Source of the DNA: Octopus sinensis
Taxonomy: Eukaryota
Direction: 5' to 3'
DNA: 64,000 nt
Assembly (NCBI RefSeq): GCF_006345805.1
Contig: NC_043004.1
Span: forward strand, 3,348,001-3,412,000
In this document: in pieces, positions 53,097-64,000 of the stretch
Position numbering within the stretch: position 1 is the first letter of the stretch
Layout: each line of letters begins with the position of its first letter
Translations under genes and position numbers: made by a program
The notes under the pieces: model-generated
Database searches by the model: none
Told to the model about the DNA's origin: nothing
The model's input: the letters and a program-made list of their open reading frames with translations, nothing else

Positions 53097-53705
53097 AAGG
53101 CGCTGAGCTGGCAGAATCGTTAGCGCGCCAAGCAACTTGCTAAGCGGCATTTCCTCCTCCTTCGCGTTCTGAGTTCAAATTCCGCCGTGTTCGACTTTGT
53201 CTTTCATATTTTCGGGGTCGATGAAATAAGTACGAGTTGAACATCGGGGTCGATGTAATCAACTTAACCCGCTACCCCACCCCGAGATTGCTGGCCTTGT
53301 GATAAAATTTGAAACCATTCATCTCTCTTACTACTACATGTTAGATACGCAATATATATTTATAAGGCTTCGAGCTGGCTGAATGGTTAGCGCGTCGGGC
53401 GAAATGCGTAGGGGTATTTCGTCTGTCCTTACGTTCTGAGTTCAAATTCTGCCGAGGTCGACTTTGCCTTTCGTCCTTTCGGGGTCGATGAAATAAGTAC
53501 CAGTTATGCACTGGGGTTGATATAATCGACTTAATCCGTTTGTCTGTCCTTGTTTGTCCTCTCTGTGTTTAGCCCCTTGTAGGTAGTAAAGAAATAGGTA
53601 TTTCGTCTGTCTTTACGTTCTGAGTTCAAATTCCCCCGAGATCGACTTTGCCTTTGTCCATGTTTGTTACCCTCTATGTTTAACCCCCTGTGGCAATAAA
53701 AATAT
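53097..53705 (+). mobile_element. Family-1 SINE monomer plus dimer
   Basis: Direct homology. Confidence 0.8.
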
Positions 53706-54495
53706 AAATATGTTAATTTATGATTTCTGTATGTTGTACGTAATATATGTTAATTTATTATTTCTACAACATGCGTGGTACTGTTGCTACTGTGTTTTAT
53801 TTTTTTTTTGTTTCCTTCCTGTTTCTGTGTACCATGGAGATGTTTACATGTCCAGCTTCTCTCTCCTCCTCCTCCTCCTCTTACGTCTTCTTCTCATTGT
53901 ATCTACAACAGATGTGTTTTGCTGTTGGTCATATTTCTCTGACCTTCTGCATTCTGTCATTATTGTAAATTTTACACTTGATAATATCGATTCTATTTCT
54001 GCTACATTTACTCTCATCTCCTGTCGCCGCAGTTTCAACTTATTCTTCTTGTTTGTTTTTTAATTTTGTTACAATTCTTATTACATGCCATTGTTGATGA
54101 CGTCTTTGCTGCTGCTGTCGTCGTTGTTGTTGCGTTCGTTATTCCAGTTTCTGTCCATTTCAATATACTTTACATCCATTGTGGTAAACGTCGAAACCGT
54201 ATCCCTTGTTCTTCTTTTCATACGATTCTCGGAAAAATATCATTTAACTTATTTGCGTTGAATTGGCGGAATCAGTTAGAGCGTCGTATAGAACGTGTCG
54301 TTCTAACACTCCGTTCTCTTCGTTCAAATCCTGCCGAGATCAACTTTTACTTCATTCTTTTTGAAATAGATAAATTGCTGAGATAGATTGGTTAACTTAC
54401 TGGAGCGTGTAAAGGGATGCTTTATAGTGTCTGTTCCAGTTCGTTGCTGTCTGATTATGACGACACATTCATGTTGTAATAATTTTTCAAACATA

Positions 54496-54867
54496 ATGTA
54501 TCTACATTATTTACATTTGACGGCTATTTGTCCTCATCTTGTTTGTTGTAAACACAACGTTTCAGCTGATATACCCTCCAACCTTCATCAGGTGTCTTAG
54601 GGAGATTTCGAACCTAGGTTCTCATTCCTAAAGTATTTTTCGATTTTATTATTAACGCCAAGATTTTGAATAATAAAAAAATAATATCGAAAAATACCTT
54701 AGGAATGAGAACCCAGGTTCGAAATTTCCCTAAGACACCTGATGAAGGCTGGAGGGTATATCAGCCGAAACATTGTGTTAACAACAAACAAGATGAGAAC
54801 AAATATCTGTCAAATGTAAATAATGTAAATAATGTGCATAATTCTTCATCTCTTAAATATAGAACTA
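54496..54867. mobile_element. Head-to-head pair of family-B elements, with an HHR in each arm
   Basis: Minus arm 54496-54654 (HHR 54551-54596, core intact, G-U pairs in stem II). Plus arm ~54668-54867 (HHR 54734-54779, ACGT mutated to ACAT). Spacer ~12 bp. Confidence 0.85.
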
Positions 54868-54869
54868 TA

Positions 54870-55282
54870 ATACTCTTTACTCTTTTACTCTTTTACTTGT
54901 TTCAGTCATTTGACTGCGGCCATGCTGGAGCACCGCCTTTAGTCGAGCAAATCGACCCCGGGACTTATTCTTTGTAAGCCCAGTACGTATTCTATCGGTC
55001 TCTTTTGCCGAACCGCTAAGTAACGGGGACATAAACACACCAGCATCGGTTGTCAAGCAATGCTAGGGGGACAAACACAGACACACAAACATATACACAC
55101 ACACTTATATATATATATACATATATACGACAGGCTTCTTTCAGTTTCCGTCTACCAAATCCACTCACAAGGCATTGGTCGGCCCGGGGCTATAGCAGAA
55201 GACACTTGCCCAAGATGCCACGCAGTGGGACTGAACCCGGAACCATGTGGTTGGTTAGCAAGCTACTTACCACACAGCCACT
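54870..55282 (-). mobile_element. Full-length CORE-type SINE
   Basis: Homology to 19234-19646. Confidence 0.85.
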
Positions 55283-55744
55283 CGCAGTATCTGTCATTTC
55301 TTCCATTTGTTTTAAAGATAGAGGGTGATTTGGTTGCTATTTCTCATAAGTCCAGTAAACTTATAGGCGTAGACTTGTAGGTTGTCGTGTGTTTTTTTTT
55401 TTTTTTTTTTGTTATAACAAATATTTGCTGTTTATTCCAACGTTCTCAGAAATCTATTTTTATCGGTTGGCGTTGCAACATCGACCAGAAGACAAGTCTT
55501 TCCAATATTTTTCACACAATGAGATCTGGTCAGATAGCCTGTGTTTCCCTATCAGTCCGAGCACTATCATTATTATTTGGTATTTCTCCCGTCTTTACGT
55601 TCTGAGATGAAATTCCGCCGAGTTCGCTTTGTCTTTCAACCTTTATGAAGGTCGATAAATTAAGTACCAGTGAAACACTGGTGTCGATGAAATTGACTAG
55701 TCCTTTCCCCTCAAATTTCAGGCCTTGTATCTATGATAGAAAGG

Positions 55745-55786
<42 letters not shown>

Positions 55787-55789
55787 GAT

Positions 55790-56082
55790 TTATTCACTTC
55801 TCCTGATTTATCTATGTCAGTTACATCCCGCAGCTTAGAGACGTAATACTTCCCTCAATACGTGACCTGTTCCAAGAATTGCTGCCAACTGAATACTTTT
55901 GTGAAGTTTGGCAGTTTCAGCTGTTGATGCCTGAATATCGCTCTCTTAAGTGCGGCAATCGCGATAGGTACCACACTAGAGATACCACTCACTTTTGAGG
56001 CTCTGTAGATTCGTTTCTCTTCTGATGCTATGTCTTGGTGCTTCCCGACTTCTCGTCCTTTGTCTTCACAATATTCTAGTCT
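55790..56082 (-). pseudogene. Highly decayed RLE LINE 3' end
   Basis: DKGREVGKHQDIASEEKR..VVPIAIAAL resembles the K..KYQDL..E...VVPIVIGALG motif; 3' end abuts (AAT)n. Confidence 0.45.
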
Positions 56083-56098
56083 GTTGTTGTTGTTGTTA

Positions 56099-56710
56099 AG
56101 GCGGCGAGCTGGCAGAAACGTTAGCACGACGGGCGAAATGCTTAGCAGTATTTCGTCTGCTGCTACGTTCTGAGTTCAAATTCTGCCAGGTCGACTTTGC
56201 CTTTCGTCCTTTCGGGGTCGATGAAATAAGTACCAGTTACGCACTGGAGTCGATGTAATCGACTTAATCCGTTTGTCTGTCTTTGTTTGTCCCCTCTGTG
56301 TTTAGCCTCTTGTGGGTCGTAAAGAAATAGATATTTCGTCTGCCGCTACGTTCTGAGTTCAAATTCCGCCGAGGTCGACTTTGCCTTTAATCGTTTCGGC
56401 GTCAATAAATTAATTACCAGTTGCATACTGGGGTTGGTCTCATCGGCTGGCCCCTTACACCAAAATTTCGGGCCTTGTGCTTAGATTATTATTATTAAGG
56501 CAGCGAGCTGGCAGAATGGTTAGCACGCTGATGAAAATGTTTAGCAGCATTTCATCTGGCAATACGTTCTGAATTCAAATTCTGCCGATCTCGACTTTGC
56601 CTTTCATCTTTTCGGGGTCGGTAATTTAAGTACCAGTGAAACACTGGTGTCGATGTAATTGACTAGTTCCCTACCTACAAATTTCAGTCCTTGTGCCTGC
56701 AGTAGACAGG
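56099..56710 (+). mobile_element. Family-1 SINE dimer plus monomer
   Basis: Direct homology. Confidence 0.85.
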
Positions 56711-57062
56711 ATCATCATCATCATCATCATTATAGTCATCATCACAACCATCATTATCATCACCATCATCATCATCACCATCATCATTATTACCATCACC
56801 ATCATCATTATTATCACCATCATCATTATTATCACCACCATCATCATTATCACCACCATCATCATCATCACCACCATCATTATCATCACCACCATCATCA
56901 TTATCATCACCACCATCATCATTATCATCATCACCACCATCATCATCATTATCATCATCATCACCATCATCATTACCACCACCATCATCATTATCATCAG
57001 CGTAATCATCATCATCATCACCGTCATCATCGTCACCATCATCATCACCGTCATCATCATTT
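56711..57062. repeat. (CAT/CAC)n array
   Basis: Direct observation; explains the poly-H, poly-I and poly-M ORFs. Confidence 0.95.
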
Positions 57063-57357
57063 TCATATAATGTTGTTAATGTTGCTGTGTTAGTACCTCT
57101 TAGTATTGTTATGTATTGTAGTTTTTGTTGTTGGAAGGGAAGGGGGGACATCAAATGTTTTTTGTTTTCTAAAACTATTCATGATGCTGTTGTTGTTGTC
57201 GTCGTCGTCTTATGTAGGTTTTCCTTGATTTCATTATAACTACTTCTATTTGTGGTGGTTGTTGTTGTTATAATCATTTCTTGCTCATATAAAATCTGTG
57301 GTCCGGGTGCTATCACGCCTATAGGTGTCGCTGCTGTTGGGGCTTCTATTCGTAATG

Positions 57358-57666
57358 AAGAGGATGACGATGGCAATGATGACATTCACAATGACGATAA
57401 TGGCATTTACGATGGTGGTGGTAGTGCCGGTGGTTGTGGTGGTTATGATAGTGATGATGGTGGTGGCGGTGGTGGTGATGGTAGTTGTTGTTTTGGTGGT
57501 GGTGGTGGTGACAATAGTGATGGTGATGATGGTAGTGGTGATAATAGTGATGATAGTGGTGGTGATGTTGATAATAATGATGGTAGTGGTCGTGATGGTG
57601 GGGATAATAGTGCTGGTGGTGGTGGTGGTGGCGGTGATGATGATGACGACGACGACGATGACGATT
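57358..57666. repeat. (GAT/GGT)n array
   Basis: Direct observation. Confidence 0.9.
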
Positions 57667-57719
57667 TGACAACGGAAGCCCTAACTGATCTCCATCTTCT
57701 TCCGATATACAGGTTTATC

Positions 57720-57960
57720 TATGGCGCGTAGCCCTTGTCTCAGTTTGCCAACAAAAGGAATGCGTATTTAGTGGCGAAGTGGCAGATAGATCTGTTCGAA
57801 GACAAATCCCCAAACAACTCACGCCTGTCTGGCCAGCATCTGTTGACGATAAAGTGGCGCCATCTGGAATTCCAGCGGCTGCGCAGCCGAGACGCGGCCA
57901 TTTGGGGAAGGTCAACTTGCGATGAGACCTCTAATCGAACAAAACCCGCTTAGCACGAGA
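57720..57960. promoter_or_regulatory. CpG-rich unique island with a CTCF-core-like site
   Basis: Minus-strand CAGATGGCGC (57857-57866) matches YAGRKGGCRS. Adjacent 12-bp palindrome CTGGAATTCCAG. Confidence 0.3.
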
Positions 57961-58541
57961 AAAAGTCGGTTCTGATGTTGTAATTGATACAGCAACATCC
58001 AACAGAAGGCTTGAGTCATATCAGTAGCCCAGAGCATCAGCAGCTCTCTCTCCCTCTCCTCCTCTCTCTCTCCTTCTCTCTTTGTGCCTCTCAATCTCTC
58101 CCTTTCTTTCTATATCTCTCTTCCTGTCTTCCTTTCCTTTTCTCTTATTCGTTTTATTCTTCTACTTTCACTTTCTCTTAGTCATTTCCTTTTTTTTTAT
58201 TTTATCATTTATTTTTCATTTCTCGTGTCTTCTCCATTTCTCTACACAGCTATCATATATATATATATTTATATGCAGTATTGTTTTTGTGTGTTCCCTA
58301 ATATGAACGAGTTGTGTGGTTTTATCCGGTTATAAATTACTCTAATTAATCGACAACTGTCATCTTATCGTAGCCCAGCACATCGAGGTCGGAAGGCGAC
58401 CGAACGAAAAGTTCAATGACAGTTGAAGACCTTTATAATATCTGCGTGTGTTCAGTGTCACTGTAGTTCAGCTTTGCCTGAGATCGTCGCCATGTTTCGA
58501 CATGCAAGCCTCACAGGCCTGTCATATTATTATTATTATTA

Positions 58542-58586
<45 letters not shown>

Positions 58587-61500
58587 CATCATTAGTGTTG
58601 TGATTACTACTATTATTATTGGTATTATTATTTAGCATTGTTATTATTTCATCGGATACAGCACGGAATTTGCATCAATTTTTTTTAATCTTTTTTTTAA
58701 AACTATTTTCTTCTTCAAAAAATTCCAGAATGATGAATTTTTATCGGACATCAATTAAAAACATTTCTGCAAAAGACGGAACTAATATCGGTTTATTTTT
58801 AACTCAAAGCTCAAAAAGTTACACTTTAAGGACAGCGGTATGGCGAATATTTTGACGTCCATGTCTTTCGCATTACAATTAGCGGCAGGGGTGAAATTAA
58901 GATGCGTCACCTCGAAATTGAAACCCCGTTCACTGTTTCCATCTGACATTACCTGGTGGCGACCGCAGAGCGGGAATAAATATGACTAACTGTAGTTGTT
59001 GTTGTCTTCTTCTTCTTCCAATCAGGACTTACGCCATTAGCCACAAATAATAATCTAATTCGAACCTACTCTAGGCTACTAGGAATGCGTGTGGCAACTT
59101 GAAGATCCATCCACCACACGCGATAGACTGGCGGTTGCACGGGCGTGAAAGCTACGTTGTTATCCTCATTCCGTAAACGGTGGCTTTTAACGGGTGGAGA
59201 GCTGAACCATCCTGGGGTACGAGGATTCGCAATCTAGACTAGGGTCTGAAAGTTTACCACACCATAGGGGGTTACACCATGGTTCCTCTGCTTTGTAGCA
59301 GAAGTAGGAAAAAAGCGTGAGAGGAAGCTGTGGTGAAAGAGTACAGCGGGATTCACCACCCTCCCCGTGGAGCTTAGGTGTTTTGCTCAATAAATACTCA
59401 CAATGCCCGGTCTGGGAATCGAAACCGAGTTCTTACGACCCTAACCACTGGGGCCATTGCACCTCCTGTTGTTGCTGTTGTTATAGCTTTTGTTGTTGTT
59501 GATGCTATTGTTTTTGTTGATAATGATGCTAATGGCATTGTTGATGTTGGTTTTGTTGTTTAGCGCAGTGTCAGGTCTGATCGAGCAAACCTATGAACGA
59601 AGACAACCTAATCGTGACCATCCCGTCTTTTGAGTATGTCGAGGACTGTATTATCCAATCTGTCCGTGAAGGCAGCGGTGTATAATTTGGGCGAAATATG
59701 GTTGCTGTTTTAGGCATGTCGTGCGGACGAGGAAAAGTTGTTTCGCTTGGTCGAATATAAAAGATGGCTGGGAGAAACGACAACCGTAACCAAAGTGGTT
59801 TTCTCAAAGAACATTAAAGGGATATATTAGCGAGCTTTGTGTGTTTGGGGGGTGTCTACATTGTGTAATATGTCCCTAATATAGAAGGTACGATGTAATT
59901 TGATGGAGATACAGTTAATACAGTTATTATTTCTAGCATGTCGAGTGACCGTGCAGAGGCCTTCTCAAATTGGCTCTCAATAAATTTTGCTACTGTTTTG
60001 TTTAGCCCCAGGTCAACTCAGATCAATGTTGAAAAGTGTTCCATGTGAGACTAATAGATCTTTTTGTTGTCTAATATTTCCTTTATTTCACATGGGAGGA
60101 TAAGATTTGGTTGTCGTTTCTAACACATCGAAGGACTATAGAGAAGCTTGTTTGTTTAACGAAAATAGACCATCCGAATAACATTGATTTCACGTTACTT
60201 GTTGGGCGAGATCATGATTCAGTATAAAATCACCCCCACCTCTCTCTCTCTCTCTCTCTCTCATAGTTATCATTAACGTCAATGGTATCAAGGAAGCAGA
60301 CACGCAAGAACAGTGATTCTCAATCACTTTTTATTTATCGACCCCTTTAATCACTATTTTATCCTGGTGGACCCTCGCCTTGCAATTTTGATGTTTTTAA
60401 ACTGGTTTTATAGATAATACAGTTCTATATGTACACTTGATAATATCAAGTTCCTGTTTTGTTTTTCACATATTCACTTGTGTGGGTCGGACTACGTAGA
60501 ATGTTAGAGAAAGAAACCTAGCTGTTTCTTGCAATAAGAACATCGAAAGCAAAATTTGTATTCATGAACCCTTAAAATACGACAGTGAATCCCTAATTTA
60601 CTAATTTTCTTGTGTGAAGCTCCAAGAATCTTATATGGACCCCGATTGAGCACCACAATATCTAACTAAATAGTATTCATTTATTTATAACTCTTTATCC
60701 CATCACTTGCCATGAGCCCCATTTGGGGATCTGCTGAAAACAGTCTCACTGTCGGTTGTTCGTTGTATTTAAAGAGAATTGCTTATGTTCAATGCATTTG
60801 CAGAGCTGGGTTTAACAATATTTAGATGTTAAAGTTTGTCATTATTAACTCTGACTTAAATACCAATGAAACACTGGGGTCGATGTAATAGACTATTCCC
60901 TTCCCCAAAAAATTTCAGGCCTTGTGCCTATAGTAGAAACAATTATTAGCTCTGGCTAATTTTAGAGAACAGTTTGTCATAAATCGCAATTTTTGAACTA
61001 CAAAAATATTGACTGCTTTGAAAACTTTTTTTTTTTTTTGCATTTCTCATCTATATTATTCATTGATATTTCATACACATTCACATTTGATACTATAGTT
61101 TCAAAAAGACTAAAATGTTTATTATTGTAACTGAATAGAAAATGATAAATATGCTTTTTCTCAGCGATTCCCATTTGAGACTTTTCGAAAAATTTATCAT
61201 AATTTCCAAAATGATTCACATATGAAGAAAATTTAAATACTATATATATTTTAACTCCTAAGACACCAAAAAATACGAATAAAAAGATTTGGCAGTTAAT
61301 GGGTTAATTCTGACTTATTCGTATGGAAGAAACCTTTTTGCAAACTTTACTCCATTTACGGTCGATAAGTATGTAACAGTCATTGATCAGGGTTGTTTTG
61401 TCGACGCACAACTTGTACAGATTTATTGCCTCGTGATTATCTTAGAAACGATTATTAAATGCTTTAAAGTCAAAGTGAGAAGTTATTAATATATGACAAA

Positions 61501-62589
61501 GATTCCTGTCCAAAATATCCGGTGAATGCTGCAAGAAATAACCACAACCTGTCGCATTATTCAATAAAATACAACACAAGTTTTTTCGTTTCATTTTTGC
61601 ATAAATGTCATAAAACAGCAGCCGCCATGTTTCTTTTTTTTACAATTTTTTTCTTTTTTTTTTTTGCATCTCGTTGTTCTCTTCTCTGCGCAAACTCATA
61701 TTAATGAATTCTTGATCATTTATAGTTTAATTATCAATGAAATGTTCTATCGTGTTTTTTTTATTGCTATTTATAAAGCAAAATAAAAGTAAAACAAACC
61801 GAAATTAATGATGCCGTTGTTATTAGTATTGTCGTTGTTTAACCTCGGGTCGGCCTGATCCAGTTGACCTCTAATCAAAGATGTTCTAGCCTGCACGTCC
61901 GTATTTGGGTGGAGGTGGCCACATTTGCGATTACATTATCTTTCCTCATTTACTATTCAGATGTGTAATTATGAGATTTGGCTGCTATTTCTAGCAGGCC
62001 GACTAAACACATTAGTTTGCTGGTTAATAATGTGTGCGAAATAGTTTTCAGTTGTTACTGATTTATAAAGATATAGCAGTTTCTATCCGATCGTAATGCT
62101 GCTCTATCGCTGGCGTTGTCCACCTTGTACAAAGGTACATCAGATCATGATGTAATAGCAATGAATTTAGACGGCTTATCCTGGATTATTTGTCAATTCC
62201 ACCGCTTTCTAAGATTAGGTTATTTTTCGATTAGGTTTCCAAATTATAAAAAAGCCCCTATGGTTGGTTGACTTCGCTAAAAATAACAAGTAAACCTCTT
62301 TCAAAATATACTCTTTCTTTCCAAAATAGAAGAATACATTGAATAATGTATTCCTATATAAATCATGCCTAAAAAAGACAGGATGGCCATTGCTAAAATC
62401 ATTTGCTCAGAGATAAGATGGATTTGGGCAAACTTTGAGATAAAAAACAGCAATGACAATAAATCAGGGTCAAAGACGAAATTATATTTTATTTTCAGTC
62501 CGGTTGTATTGTAATATCATCATAAGTCTTTATCTGCTCTGTTTATCATCTACAGTCCCAGCAAGGAGCATTGAACTGGCACTTAATAT

Positions 62590-62800
62590 TGATTTCAAAT
62601 TTGGGCACAAGGTCAGCAATTTTGGAGTAGGGTGTAAATTGATTATATCGACCCCAGTACACACCTGGTACTTATTTTAACCGAAAAGATGAAAGGCAAA
62701 GTCAACCTCGACGGAATTCGAATTCAGAACGTAGCAACGGACGAAATGCCGTTAAGTATTCACCTGAGATGCTAACGATTCTGCCAGCTCGCCGCCTTAT
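62590..62800 (-). mobile_element. Family-1 SINE
   Basis: Direct homology. Confidence 0.75.
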
Positions 62801-63452
62801 TCTGGCATTTAATATGGAAGGATCGGCTCGGGACTTAGAGCTGTCAAGCTCAAGGTTGCATATAGTTCATCACAATCGATGAATTAAGTGCCAATTATAA
62901 ACTGATGTAGAGTTGATAGGTTATAGTAAATTTCAACTGACAAGAGCTTCATTTTAGAGAAAAAGAATTAATTTCATAAATATTAAATGCATTAGTATCT
63001 TTAAAAGATTGGAGGTAAACCCCGATATAACCGACACTCCAGTCCTTCTAGGAAACTCAGAGAAACCTTTTACTTGGTATTAAATGAAATCAAATCCCTC
63101 GCACGTGTCAATCACGTTGACACACACACACACGTGCGTGTTTTATATGCTTTTAATATGATACTGCGCTAAATATAATAATTGGCTAAAATGCAACTCG
63201 CCAACAGCCTGTCTATTTTACTGTCTGTTATCACTACTGATATGGTATTCACTCCTTTAAACCATAGAGTAACTAGCTACCAATACAGGGGCCCATTCGA
63301 GGCCCACTCAGTCAACCTTTTGCCATTCATCCTCAGTCTTACCCCTCCCCTGGTCTCTCGTCAATTCTTCTATCCAATCCCTATAACCAGCCGTGTAAAC
63401 CCTCTGGAATTATTTGTCTCCTATTTTGTTTCCTATTTATATCTAATTACAG

Positions 63453-63493
63453 ATGTTGAAACGGGGAGCATGGGAGGGCCTCCGATGACCAAG
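63453..63493 (+). CDS. Possible 41-nt internal coding exon (xDVETGSMGGPPMTK), gene unknown
   Basis: Pyrimidine-rich tract ending TAATTACAG|, GC-rich body, AAG|GTTAGA donor. Only the phase-1 frame is open. Confidence 0.25.
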
Positions 63494-64000
63494 GTTAGAG
63501 TCCATTCCTCAGTGGCTGGCACATATAATGCCCAATGTAAGCAACACGTGGGTTACCACAGGCAAAGACATGGATGTGGGGTTAAGAATTTTGCTTCGCC
63601 ACCACGTAGTTTGGAATGCCAACAGTTTATAATCTTGAACAAGTATCTCTAGTTTGCGCCAAGCCTCACGAGTGAAATTAGATTAACGGAAACTGTGTGG
63701 AAGTTTATCGGTTGAATTGTAGTTTTTGTTATGAGATAAGCCTAACAGGTTTAACACATCCGCCAAGTCCTTGCATACTTCGAATAAAGTCCTCAGAAAA
63801 AGGCCCAGCTCTAAAGACAACTCATTTTCCTGTTCAGTGACTTCTTTCTACAGCAGCCTGAATTGTGGCCTTTCCATCCTCTCTGTTGTCTTACCAATCA
63901 TGAAGGACCTAAAAAGGGTATTGAACATTTCCCTTTCTATTTCGACAATTTCCAAAAATATTTCATAACTATTTTGCGATCTTTTAGTATTGAATACAAG

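Noticed and set aside
59100-59300. GC-rich segment with TCCTCGT, suggestive of an HDV-like ribozyme L3 loop
   Set aside because: P3 and P1 pairings cannot be formed around it.
61000-61307. piggyBac-like right end (GGCAGTTAATGGG|TTAA)
   Set aside because: The matching left TIR was not found.
63895-64000. Open minus-strand frame (EIFLEIVEIEREMFNTLFRSFMI) ending at a GTAAGA donor
   Set aside because: Truncated by the window edge, with no homology recognised; cannot be supported.

Overview
AT-rich, repeat-dominated eukaryotic DNA, either intronic or intergenic. The SINE families and the extreme (TA)n/(CA)n/(TAA)n microsatellite load look like an octopod cephalopod (Octopus sp.); this is recognition, not a database result. 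I find no intact protein-coding gene: almost every ORF in the track is a microsatellite read-through or a decayed transposon fragment, and there is one speculative 41-nt exon. Mobile elements include several tRNA-derived SINE families, a full-length decayed Tc1 (DD34E), a fused maT (DD37D) and mariner relic, three Helitron-like elements, several MITEs, three RLE-type (R4/Dong-like) LINE fragments and a CR1/L2-type 3' end. The main signal is a set of small non-coding elements carrying type I hammerhead ribozyme (HHR) cores. They fall into four sequence families plus one decayed candidate. All have a palindromic stem III, and most occur as head-to-head inverted pairs. One family joins a tRNA-like Pol III promoter to the hammerhead. 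The ribozyme folds were read by eye and their activity is untested.
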